Origin: an uncultured Acidobacteriaceae bacterium
Lineage (GTDB): Bacteria > Acidobacteriota > Terriglobia > Terriglobales > Acidobacteriaceae
DNA length: 64,000 bases
Assembly: GCA_963758385.1 (NCBI GenBank)
Contig: CAVWVA010000002.1
Coordinates: 659,393 to 723,392, forward strand
Reading direction: 5' to 3'
The first letter of the stretch is position 1; the number at the start of each line of letters is the position of its first letter. Positions 7,567-17,032 of the stretch are shown piece after piece. The notes under the pieces were generated by a model. The model saw only the letters and a program-made list of their open reading frames with translations. It had not been told where the DNA came from and made no database searches. Made by a program: the position numbers and the translations under genes.

Positions 7567-9855
7567 ATGCTGGATAAGATAGCGTTCCAACCGTCGCATG
7601 TTGTCATCGCCGCGAGTTCGTCAACTCCTGAACTCACGCTGCGCGAAGTTGGCACCATGCTCACAAGACGGCGTGGCATTATCTACGCCAGTTTGTTGCT
7701 CTTTGTTCTGCTGGGGATCCTGGCCCTTGTATTCTCCACCCGGCGTTATAAGTCGGTGGGAGAGATAGAACTTCAGAAGGATTCGCCGAGCTCCCTGGGC
7801 ATCCATACGGATAGCGGGGACGCCCCGTCCGACGCGCTCGAAGTCAACATGGTTATCCAGACCCAGGCGAAGATTCTGCAATCTGACTCGCTGGCTCTGC
7901 GGGTGATCGAGGATCTTCACCTGGAGCAAACAGAAGATTACCGGGTGAAGTGGAGTCCTATCGGTTGGGTTCTGGGCTTTTTCGGGCCGAAGGGCACGCC
8001 CGATCCCAAGGAGGCGTCGCTGGAGAATTCACCGCATCGGCGGATGCGGCTGCTGAAGATCTTCCATCGCAAGCTGACCGTAAAGCCGGTGGCAGGAACG
8101 CGCCTGATCGACGTGGAGTATCTAAGTCCTGATCCGCAATTGGCGGCGGCGGTGGTCAATCACCTGCTGCAAGGCTTGATTGAAAAGGGCTTTGAGGCAC
8201 GTTATAGCGCGACCATGCAAGCCTCGTCGTGGTTGAGTGCGCAACTGGGAGATTTGCGCACCAAGACAGAGGAGTTACAGGCAAAGGTGGTCAGGTTACA
8301 ACAGCAATCCGGCGTCTTCGCGCTGGGCGAGGTGGATCGCGAGGGTAGGGACCAGGTGTACAGCCCAACGCTCGAGAAGCTGCAGATGGCGACGCAGGCG
8401 GAGGCGCAAGCGCAGTCCAACCGCATCCTGAAAGGCGCTATCAACAATGTGGTCAAGAGCGGCAACGCAGAGCTCATTTCAGGATTGGGGGGCAGCGCCA
8501 TTGTTGGCGGGCCAACATCCAGTATGGGCAGTTCGCTCACCTTGATCCAGAATCTTCGTTTGCAGGAGGCTAACGAGCAAGCCCAACTGCAGGAGCTGTC
8601 GGCAAAGTTCGGGCCGGCGTATCCCAAGCTTACCGAGCTGCGGGGAAACCTGGAAGCGGTGCAGGGGGCAATTCGCCAGGAGGTGGGACGGGTTGCCGGG
8701 CGGGCCCGCAATGACTTCATGGTTGCCGAACAAGCCGAAGCGAAGACGCGCCAGGATTTTGAAGCTGACAAAAGTGAAGCGGAAGCACTTAACAACAAGA
8801 CGATCGAGTACCAGATGGTGCGGCAGGAAGCCGACCAAACCCGCTCGCTTTACGACGACATGCTGCGCCATCTCAAGGAGTCTGGTCTACTGGCGGGGCT
8901 GCACTCCACCAACATTTCCATCGTCGACTGGGCGAGGCCGAGCGATACTCCGGCGAAACCCGTGATGCTGCTCTACCTGGTGGGATCGATCGTGGCCGGC
9001 TTAATCTTCGGATTAGTCGCCGCATTGCTGCGCGACGTGACCGATACCAAGATTCAGGATTTGCGCGAGGTATCGCGCGAGCTCGGTCCCATCCCTCTCT
9101 CTTCGCTGCCGTATCAAAAGGAACAGCCTTCGCTCGCGGGAACGGAAAACTGGATTGCGAAATCTGCGTTGCCTGCTTTGGACCGGCCGAATTCCCTTTT
9201 TGTCGAATCGCTACGCTCGCTGCGGACTTCTCTGATGCTGTCGCGCAGCGGAGCCCCTCCGCGTTCCGTGCTGGTGACCAGTTCGCTCGCGGCCGAGGGC
9301 AAGAGTTTTCTCAGTTGGAATCTGGCCATCCTCTTCGCGCAGCAGGGAAAGCGAGTGCTGTTATGCGATGCGAACCTTCGCCACCCCTGGCTGCATCGCA
9401 ATCTCGAGGTCAGCCCGCAGGCCGGGTTGAGCACGGTGCTGGCGGGCCACTCCCCTGATCATGGCGCCTCCGCCATTATTCCAGTGCATGAGGTTCCCGG
9501 ATTGTTCCTGCTGCCCGCTGGGCCGTTGCCTCCCTACCCCGCCGAGTTGTTGGCGTCTCGGCAAATGGCGGAGCTGGTGAGGGCTTGGGAGACGCAATAC
9601 GATCTGGTGATTCTGGATGCTCCGCCCGTTCTGCAAGTGACCGACTCAGTAGTGCTGAGTTCCATCGTCAACTCTGTACTGCTCATGGCCCGGCATGGCA
9701 AGACTCCCCTGGCTTCGCTTGAAAAGAGCTATCGAATGCTGGAGGAAGTACAGTCGGCCAGTGGCCGCAAAATCAACATCGTGATCAACGGCGTCAGAGA
9801 TCAGTCTGCTGGCGGATACTCCCGGGATCGCGAACGAAAGGCTGCAAAGGCTTAA
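7567..9855 (+). CDS. wzc: polysaccharide co-polymerase / BY-kinase-like protein (Wzc/GumC/EpsG family)
   Basis: 762 aa. It has a TM helix (IYASLLLFVLLGILALVF), a long Q/E/A-rich coiled-coil periplasmic region and a second TM helix (LLYLVGSIVAGLIFGLVAALL). The C-terminal P-loop domain carries Walker A VTSSLAAEGKS, Walker A' VLLCDANLRHP and Walker B DLVILDAPP. Confidence 0.85.
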   Translation: MLDKIAFQPSHVVIAASSSTPELTLREVGTMLTRRRGIIYASLLLFVLLGILALVFSTRRYKSVGEIELQKDSPSSLGIHTDSGDAPSDALEVNMVIQTQAKILQSDSLALRVIEDLHLEQTEDYRVKWSPIGWVLGFFGPKGTPDPKEASLENSPHRRMRLLKIFHRKLTVKPVAGTRLIDVEYLSPDPQLAAAVVNHLLQGLIEKGFEARYSATMQASSWLSAQLGDLRTKTEELQAKVVRLQQQSGVFALGEVDREGRDQVYSPTLEKLQMATQAEAQAQSNRILKGAINNVVKSGNAELISGLGGSAIVGGPTSSMGSSLTLIQNLRLQEANEQAQLQELSAKFGPAYPKLTELRGNLEAVQGAIRQEVGRVAGRARNDFMVAEQAEAKTRQDFEADKSEAEALNNKTIEYQMVRQEADQTRSLYDDMLRHLKESGLLAGLHSTNISIVDWARPSDTPAKPVMLLYLVGSIVAGLIFGLVAALLRDVTDTKIQDLREVSRELGPIPLSSLPYQKEQPSLAGTENWIAKSALPALDRPNSLFVESLRSLRTSLMLSRSGAPPRSVLVTSSLAAEGKSFLSWNLAILFAQQGKRVLLCDANLRHPWLHRNLEVSPQAGLSTVLAGHSPDHGASAIIPVHEVPGLFLLPAGPLPPYPAELLASRQMAELVRAWETQYDLVILDAPPVLQVTDSVVLSSIVNSVLLMARHGKTPLASLEKSYRMLEEVQSASGRKINIVINGVRDQSAGGYSRDRERKAAKA

Positions 9856-10743
9856 ATGAAAAACTCACGACGGCTTTGCATGGTTTTTCTCTTTCTCTTT
9901 GGCCTCGCGGCTGTTTTGCCGGCGCAAGAGAGTCTGCTGATCGGGCCTGGCGATCTGCTGCACCTGCAGGTGTACGACACACCTGAGATGGAACAGCGTG
10001 CTCGGGTAACCGATGCCGGCAATATTCCCTTCAGTTTTCTGGGCAGAGTCAGCGTATCCGGTTTGACGCCGGAACAGGCAGCTGAGCAGATCGAGCATCG
10101 CCTGGTAGCTGCTGGTGTCATGCGGCACCCGCAGGTAACGGTTCGCGTGGAGGCATACGCAACCCAGAACGCTTCGGTGATGGGGCAGGTACAAAAGCCT
10201 GGCGTCTATGAGATCGATACGTCGCGCAAGGTGGTCGAAGTGCTTGCGATGGCGGGCGGGTTGACCGATCTTGCCGACCGCCACATTACGATTGAACGCG
10301 CGGGCGCCGCGAAACAAAGGGTTGAGTACTATTTCTCGAATGCAGCCGCGACTGCTTTGGCTGACGATCCCATGGTCTACCCAGGTGATACGGTGGTGGT
10401 GCCCAGGGCAGCGGTCGTCTACGTTCTGGGCGACGTATTAAAGCCGGGGGGCTATGCGATCGATACCAACAATTCGAAAATGACTGTGCTGCAGGCCATC
10501 GCCCTGGCCGGCTACGCAAACCACACGGCAGCCGTTGGAAAATCAAAACTGGTGCGTGAGACTTCGACGGGTGTCCAGGAGATCGATCTGCAGGTGAGTG
10601 AAATGCAGAAAGGCAAGAAGGCCGATGTTGCCCTGTTGCCTGACGATGTGATCTATGTTCCCTTCAGCTTTATCCGCAACGTTGGAGTGAACGGCCAGGG
10701 AATTCTGGCCTCCGCCGCCTCTGCTGTGATCTATAGCCACTAA
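9856..10743 (+). CDS. wza: polysaccharide export protein (Wza-like; Poly_export + SLBB domains)
   Basis: 295 aa, with the ATG directly abutting the wzc TAA. Signal peptide MKNSRRLCMVFLFLFGLAAVLPAQ, then PGDLLHLQVYDTPEM. SLBB-like repeats are present (YPGDTVVVP, DDVIYVP). Confidence 0.85.
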   Translation: MKNSRRLCMVFLFLFGLAAVLPAQESLLIGPGDLLHLQVYDTPEMEQRARVTDAGNIPFSFLGRVSVSGLTPEQAAEQIEHRLVAAGVMRHPQVTVRVEAYATQNASVMGQVQKPGVYEIDTSRKVVEVLAMAGGLTDLADRHITIERAGAAKQRVEYYFSNAAATALADDPMVYPGDTVVVPRAAVVYVLGDVLKPGGYAIDTNNSKMTVLQAIALAGYANHTAAVGKSKLVRETSTGVQEIDLQVSEMQKGKKADVALLPDDVIYVPFSFIRNVGVNGQGILASAASAVIYSH

Positions 10744-10744
10744 C

Positions 10745-12055
10745 GTGAGCAGACACGAAGGGCTGCCTGAGGCGGCGGTGAATATCTGGAGGCGCGTTTC
10801 CACCTGGGCGCTACTGCTGCTGCTGCTCTATTTTGCCCTGGACGGAATCTCGCCATTCATGAATGATCCCACGGCCACGCGGGCGGTCGCGACCAGTTCC
10901 GCTGGTGGAGTCATCTTTGAGCGCCTCAGCAAGTTCTTGATCTTTGTGGCTTGCATGATGTTTGTTGTTCGGCGGCACCAATCGGTTCGCCGCCTGAGCA
11001 TGCAGATGAAGCTGGTGACGAGCTTTCCTATCCTCGCTCTTCTGCTATGCCCGGTTTCGCAGCAGCCAACGCGCACGATCAGCTCCGGCGTTTTGCTCCT
11101 GGGCGCCATTCTGCTGCTGTTCTACATGATGTCGCGATACTCGCTCGACAAGGTGCTTGAAATATTCCTGGTTCTGGGCACGGTAACGATCGTGGCAAGC
11201 ATTCTATTTGCCCTGGTCCTTCCCCAGTATGGTCTAGACCAGATGGGTGGCCATTCCGATGCATGGAAAGGCATCTTCAGCGCCAAGAATTATCTCGGCA
11301 ATCTGGCGCTATTTTTTCTTACCATCGCTGTGTCTTATCGTGCGCGCACGTCCTGGATGCGTTTCGTTCGCGCTTCACAAATCATCTCTTGCCTGTTGGC
11401 GATTGCGTACTCGCGAGCAGCAACCGCATATATGCTCACCGCGGTCTACCTTGTCTATTATTTAACGTTGAAAGCTCTCCACGGTTTTCGCAAGAAAGAC
11501 TACCTGGTTGTGGGTCTGTTCTTGTTGGTAGCTCTTTCCACCGCCGCCTCGGTAATTGTGGTCTGGCCGGATTTTCTCTTCAACCTGCTAGGCAAAGAGG
11601 TAACCTTGACCGGGCGGACCGAAATATGGTCGGCGGTCCTTGAATCCATAGCCAGGCGGCCGGTGCTGGGCTATGGCTACCAGGCCTTCTGGCTTGGCCT
11701 TGAAGGCGAATCGTATCGCATCATTCTCGCGGTCTCGTGGGTTTTGGCCCAGGCGCAGAATGGCTTTCTCGATGTAATGCTTGAGATGGGCGCGGTGGGT
11801 CTGGTCATCGTGTTGCTGGTCTTCGGGTTCGCCTTCCGTGATGGCGTGCTCTGCCTTCTTCGTTCTCGTGACGAGACGCAGCTCTGGGCTGTGGAGTGGT
11901 ACCTGGCCATCGTGGTTCTCACCCTCATCTACAACCTGGACGAGAGTTTTCTTTTCGACCCCAAGCATCTTGGTTCGATGATGTTTCTGTTGGCCTGCGT
12001 GGGGTTAAAGATGGAGTGGATGCGTCTGCGCGTGTCCAGTGTGCAGCGAGTCTGA
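10745..12055 (+). CDS. O-antigen ligase / Wzy-type polymerase family membrane protein
   Basis: 436 aa with a GTG start 1 nt after the wza stop and roughly 10-12 hydrophobic helices. The Wzy_C-type loop reads LTGRTEIWSAVLESIARRPVLGYGYQAFW. Confidence 0.75.
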   Translation: MSRHEGLPEAAVNIWRRVSTWALLLLLLYFALDGISPFMNDPTATRAVATSSAGGVIFERLSKFLIFVACMMFVVRRHQSVRRLSMQMKLVTSFPILALLLCPVSQQPTRTISSGVLLLGAILLLFYMMSRYSLDKVLEIFLVLGTVTIVASILFALVLPQYGLDQMGGHSDAWKGIFSAKNYLGNLALFFLTIAVSYRARTSWMRFVRASQIISCLLAIAYSRAATAYMLTAVYLVYYLTLKALHGFRKKDYLVVGLFLLVALSTAASVIVVWPDFLFNLLGKEVTLTGRTEIWSAVLESIARRPVLGYGYQAFWLGLEGESYRIILAVSWVLAQAQNGFLDVMLEMGAVGLVIVLLVFGFAFRDGVLCLLRSRDETQLWAVEWYLAIVVLTLIYNLDESFLFDPKHLGSMMFLLACVGLKMEWMRLRVSSVQRV

Positions 12056-12341
12056 GGTGGTAGGGCGCACAGCAGGTCCCTCGGCTTTCCCGGATTTCCT
12101 GTCGAGGTCGGTGACGTCGCGAAACTCCATGCGGTTTTCCTTACAGAAAACAGCACACGCTGCACTGTCCAGCGCCGCGAACAGGAAATCGGGGTTCGCT
12201 CCCACGGCGCGCCGGGACAGGCGGGATGACAAGGCGGCGGAGGAGTTTCCCAGGAGAGCGGTTGTAGTGCCATGACTTTGTCATATCGACCGAAGTGGAG
12301 AGAACCGCGGTTTCGTTTTTACTCGCAGCTGCTAACAAGCG

Positions 12342-12929
12342 CTATTTACCGAGCGCCGCTTCAACGGCCGATGTTACCTCGGGCGAATCGGGAGTGACGG
12401 CCGGCTCGAAGCGCTCTACAGGTTTTCCATTGCGGTCGAACAGGAACTTGGTGAAGTTCCACTTGATCTCGCCACCAATTTGCGGATTGATCGATTTGTC
12501 TGTCAAGAAGACATAAAGCGGCGTCTTATCTTCGCCCACCACGGAGACCTTGGCCATCATGGGAAACGACACATTGTACTTGTTCCGGCAAAAGGTCTTG
12601 ATCTCCGCATTCGTGCCCGGCTCCTGGGCAGCGAAGTTGTTCGCAGGTATGCCGACGATCACCAGGCCGCGGTCTTTGTACTTTTCATAGAGCGATTCCA
12701 GGCCTGCATACTGCGGCGTGTAACCGCACTTGCTGGCCACGTTCACTAATAAAAGAACTTTACCGTGGTAACTGCGAAGGCTTACCGGCTGGCCATCGAT
12801 GGATTTCAAAGTAAAGCTGTAAACGCTATTTGCCGGTATGGCCATGCAGACCCCGGCGACGAACAAGATGAGAACAAGGGCTAGTTTGCGCACAAAAGCT
12901 CCTCCAACGGTTCCCTCAGGATACCGCAA
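12342..12929 (-). CDS. glutathione peroxidase (Cys-type), with an N-terminal signal or anchor
   Basis: GPx motifs LLVNVASKCGYTPQY, IVGIPANNFAAQEPG and WNFTKFL are present. There is a hydrophobic N-terminus, LALVLILFVAGVCMA. Confidence 0.85.
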   Translation of the reverse strand: MRYPEGTVGGAFVRKLALVLILFVAGVCMAIPANSVYSFTLKSIDGQPVSLRSYHGKVLLLVNVASKCGYTPQYAGLESLYEKYKDRGLVIVGIPANNFAAQEPGTNAEIKTFCRNKYNVSFPMMAKVSVVGEDKTPLYVFLTDKSINPQIGGEIKWNFTKFLFDRNGKPVERFEPAVTPDSPEVTSAVEAALGK

Positions 12930-12947
12930 CCGCTTAACTCAATAGTC

Positions 12948-13832
12948 TTACACGTCGCAAAGGTCCACTGCCTGCAGAAGCGAAGCGCGGGGATCGCCGG
13001 TGGGGACGAACTCATGCGCGACATAGCCCTTAAAGCCCGAAGCGACGATCCCGCGCATCACGCCATCCCATTGCACTTCCTGCTTATTGTCCAGTTCGTG
13101 GCGTCCCGGCACGCCGCCGGTGTGAAAGTGCCCAAGCCACTCAATATTCGCCTGGATGGTTGCGATCAAGTCTCCTTCCATAATCTGCATGTGGTAGATG
13201 TCGTAGAGCAGCTTGACGTGGGGTGAATTTACTTCTTTCATCACGCCTACTCCCCAGGCGGTGTGATCCGCCATGTAGTCTTTATGGTCGACCTTGCTGT
13301 TCAAAAGCTCGAGACAAAGGAGCACGTTGTTATCTTCCGCGATTTTCTTCATCCGGTTTAATCCGATAACGACATTTCTCGCCCCCTCTTCATCGGACAT
13401 ACCACGTCGATACCCGGAGAAGGTAATAACATTGGGAACTCCAGCCTTGGCAGCCAACGGTACGTTGAGACGCAGTCCTGCTTCGATCTTGTCGTGGTTG
13501 GCAAGTACATTGAGACCATCCGGAATGGTGCCCGCGGAGACGTAGCCCATGGTGCAGATCAGTCCATATTTCCTGGGGATTTCAAATTCTTCCGGTTGCA
13601 GCAGGTCGATACCTTTCAAGCCAATCTGCACCGCATAGGTGCACAATTCATCGAGGCTCATTTTTGGATAGCACCAGCGGCTGACGGACTGATGAATATT
13701 TCCCTTCCTGTGGATGGGGCCATCGTTTGTAGCTGCGGCCTTTTCCTGGGCCCAGGCCAGCGAAGAACTTGAAGCCAGCGCTGTGCCGGCGACCGTGCTT
13801 TGAATCATCCTGCGGCGGGACATCGAAGACAT
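12948..13832 (-). CDS. sugar phosphate isomerase/epimerase (xylose-isomerase-like TIM barrel, hydroxypyruvate-isomerase-like) with a Tat signal
   Basis: Start set at ATG 13832, giving MSSMSRRRMIQSTVAGTALASSSSLAWAQ (twin-arginine motif). The body reads GLKGIDLL...LCLELLN...WLGHFHTGGVPGRHE..., typical of the AP_endonuc_2/TIM family. Confidence 0.7.
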   Translation of the reverse strand: MSSMSRRRMIQSTVAGTALASSSSLAWAQEKAAATNDGPIHRKGNIHQSVSRWCYPKMSLDELCTYAVQIGLKGIDLLQPEEFEIPRKYGLICTMGYVSAGTIPDGLNVLANHDKIEAGLRLNVPLAAKAGVPNVITFSGYRRGMSDEEGARNVVIGLNRMKKIAEDNNVLLCLELLNSKVDHKDYMADHTAWGVGVMKEVNSPHVKLLYDIYHMQIMEGDLIATIQANIEWLGHFHTGGVPGRHELDNKQEVQWDGVMRGIVASGFKGYVAHEFVPTGDPRASLLQAVDLCDV

Positions 13833-13993
13833 GTTGAGATACCTTTCGGAGCAGATCGAACACACGCACGTATTTAATCACCTTTTGCTTGCTTCCCACC
13901 AAGCGGGGCTCATTTGCATCAGCAGATGTACAATTCCCTCGCGGAAGCACCGATGAATGACCACGCATTCCTATCGATCCGGCCGGAGCGTCC

Positions 13994-16900
13994 ATGCTTA
14001 CACTCGCGCGAGTCATAGCGTTGCTTTCACTCCTCTCCTTTCCGCTTGTGGCGCAGGTAACCGTCTTCTGGCAGCCGGGATTCCCGACAATTGCCAGTCA
14101 ACCCGTTAGCCGCGCGACCCTTTCGTCTGCGCTGAACGATCCCGCCTTCGTTGACCTGAGAGCATTGCAGGCGCCTGGGGCGCTCGAGAAAACTGAGCTC
14201 CTGGTTTTGCCCTATGGATCGGGTGTACCCACCGAGGGCTGGAGGGCCATTGAGGAATACTTAAACCACGGGGGAAACCTTCTCGTCTTGGGCGGGCAGC
14301 CTTTGCGCGTACCGGTCACGCAGCTCAACGCAAACTTTGTACAGACCCGTCCGCAGGATACTTACTCGCGGGTGCTTGACCTACGCCACACCTATGAGGT
14401 TCCGGTAGCGCCGGAGGCGCACTTTTCCTGGAGGCCGGGCTACGCGTTTGCCTCTACCCCAAAGGTGCGGGCAGAGAAATTTTTCACCGTGGAAGGTCGT
14501 CTCAGCGGTCTTGGCTACATGCGCGACAGCACAGGACTGGCGGTGGCGGCGCCCGTCATCGTGATCGATCATGCACCTGGTGGGCCGATGCCAGGCAGCC
14601 GCATCGTCTGCCTGGATTTTCAGCCGGTGAACGGCTATTGGGAAAGTGAGGACGGCATCGCGCTCATCCGTCAATCGGCCGCCTACGCTCGCCGAGGGCG
14701 CGACCAGCCTCTCTGTCGAGACGCTCTTCTCGGTCTTGAGGCCGAACGAAGCTCCGCAAGTTACTGTGCATCTGCAGCAAGCCAAGGCGGCGAGTGCGAA
14801 GGGCGAAGTGCAACTGGAGCTCATATTCGAAGATAAGGTTATTCAGAGCGCCACACTGCCCGCGGAGTCGATCGAGACATCTGCTCTCCCGGCGCCATTT
14901 CATAACCCGCTGCCAGCCGGCTTCTACAAGATTCGCGCTACTTATCGGCGTCAAGGACACTTCTGTGAGTTCTACGAAAATGGCTTCTGGGTTGCAGACC
15001 GGAGTTCGCTGGACGAAGGCGCTTCGCTCGGAGTCAACGGCGACTTCCTTACTCGCGGAGGCAAGCCATTCTTCCCGGTGGGCACAAACTACTTCACCAC
15101 GGAAGAAAACGGCTGGGATTTCTCCGGTCCGCGCAACGCGGCAGTGTGGGAACAGGACTTCGCTGAGATGGCGGCTCACGGTGTTACGTTCGTCCGCACC
15201 GGCGTTTGGATGAAGAATGCAAAATTCATTGCGCCCGCAACAGGCGGGCCAGACGAGCGTTTCCTGCGCAATCTCGAGGCTTTCCTTATATGCGCACACC
15301 GCCACGGCATCGTTGTTAATTTCACTTTCTTTGCCTTCTCTCCCGTCTCCGGCGCAACCGAGAGCGCGGCTCCACAGAAGAACCCGTACATCGACGAAGA
15401 TGCATTGCGCGCGCAACAGGCCTATGTGCGCGCCGTGGCAAAAGCATTTGCAGACGTACCGTGGCTGTGTTGGGACCTTATCAACGAGCCGAGCTTTTCC
15501 AATCCCCAGCAGATATTCAAAGGCAATATACCCAACGGTGATGCGGCGGAGCTCAGCGCGTGGCATAAGTGGCTACAAGCAAGATACAAAGACCTGAGCG
15601 ACCTTGCCGATGCGTGGGCTGAGACACCGGAGCAGTTGGGCAGTTTTGACAGCATCCCGCTGCCGAGCGTTGCTGATTTGACTTATCAGCGGTATGGAAA
15701 CCCGCGCCAGGTGCGCGCTCTTGATTACAACCTGTTCGCGCAGGATATGTTCAGCCGTTGGGTGCAATCGATGGTCGCGGTCATTCGCCAAGCCGGCAGC
15801 GAGCAGCTCATCAATGTCGGGCAAGACGAAGGTGGCGTCACCAACCGCGTGTTAAATCAGTTCTACGCGCTGGCGGGCGTTTCCTTCACCACCAACCACA
15901 CCTACTGGCAAGACGACGCCTTGTTATGGGATTCCATCGCGGCCAAGCGCCCTGGGATGCCGAACATCACCGGAGAGACCGGTTATCAACCAGTCTGGGC
16001 TCCTGATGGAACGTGGCGCTACGACGAGTTCACCGGCTTGCCGCTTACGGAACGCAAGTGGGCGCTAGGCTTTGCCGCCGGCAGTTCGGGGGCCGTGCAA
16101 TGGGATTGGGCCCGCGAAGTCGACTTCGGCATGCAGCGCAGTGACGGTTCGGCCAAAGTGTGGGAATCCATGATGCGCAGCCTGGGAGAGTTTGCAAAAC
16201 AGGCGGCACCTTATGCTACCGATTTCATGAAGCCGGAGATCGCCATCATCCTGCCACAGTCGTTTCAGCTTTCTGTCTCCAACGCGCTCGCGACGGAAGC
16301 CCAACAGAATGCCGTCCGCGCGCTTTACTACTATGCGCGTGGCGAAGCTTACGCCGTCGGCGAGTACCAGATTGCCTCCCTGGGGTCGCCTAAACTCATT
16401 CTTCTGCCCTCGCCCTTCGCGCTTACTGAAGATGCATGGCAGGCGATTGCGGCCAGGGTGCAAGCGGGAGCTACCCTATTGGTGACCGGTCCATTCGATG
16501 GGGACGCGCACCTGCATCCAACGGGGAGACAGGATCAAGTGGGCCTCTCCTACGTAGACGCCCCACTTACTCTGCGCAACAACCAGTTCAAGTGGCCGGG
16601 TGGCGAAGAGGAGTTTGTGTTTGGCGGCAACAAGACGACAGTCCTGAGCCGCGCCCAGCTTGCCGGAAACCAGGATTGGATAGAGAAGCCTCTCGGCAAG
16701 GGGAGAATCCTGTTTGCTGCCTTGCCGATTGAACTCAATCAAAACCTGCAGGGAGTCGGAAGTATCTATCGATACGCCATGAAGACGGCCAATGTCTCTT
16801 TGACCTACACCACCACGCTGACCGATAGTGGCATGCTCATCTGTCCAACGCGCCTGCCCAAAGCCACACTCTATGTACTCATGTCGGAATCCGATCAGAA

Positions 16901-17024
16901 GGCAATCTCATTTCACGATGTACGCAGCGGCAAGGATGTTTCGGGTCAGATCGAACCCGGCCGCGCGGCGCTGCTGCTCATTGGCGATGACGGAGAGCTC
17001 ATTGCCAGCTATAACTGGCACTAA
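13994..17024 (+). pseudogene. secreted clan GH-A glycoside hydrolase (GH5/GH42-like TIM barrel) of about 1010 aa, interrupted by a frameshift near 14690
   Basis: Track ORFs 13994..14836 and 14646..17024 overlap by 190 nt. The protein-like sequence switches frame at about 14690 (..IALIRQSAAYAR | EGATSLSVETLFSVLRPNE..). Signal peptide MLTLARVIALLSLLSFPLVAQ. Catalytic-type motifs are WDLINEPS (acid/base NEP) and NITGETGY (nucleophile Glu). Confidence 0.6.
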
Positions 17025-17032
17025 TCCTGCGA

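Noticed and set aside
12005-12232. 75-aa minus-strand ORF whose middle (ANPDFLFAALDSAACAVFCKENRMEF) faintly resembles the start of a cNMP-binding (Crp/Fnr) domain. It could be a gene relic between the EPS locus and the peroxidase gene.
   Set aside because: The resemblance is short and weak. The ORF uses a TTG start without an RBS and runs into the 3' end of the O-antigen-ligase-like gene, leaving no room for the rest of a domain.
14664-15566. 300-aa minus-strand ORF.
   Set aside because: It is antisense to the GH-A hydrolase catalytic domain and is a compositional artefact. The same reasoning applies to the antisense ORFs at 17756..18604, 22304..23041, 32102..32830, 48768..49484, 58201..58899, 59317..59946, 3098..3823, 3958..4818 and 5436..5960.
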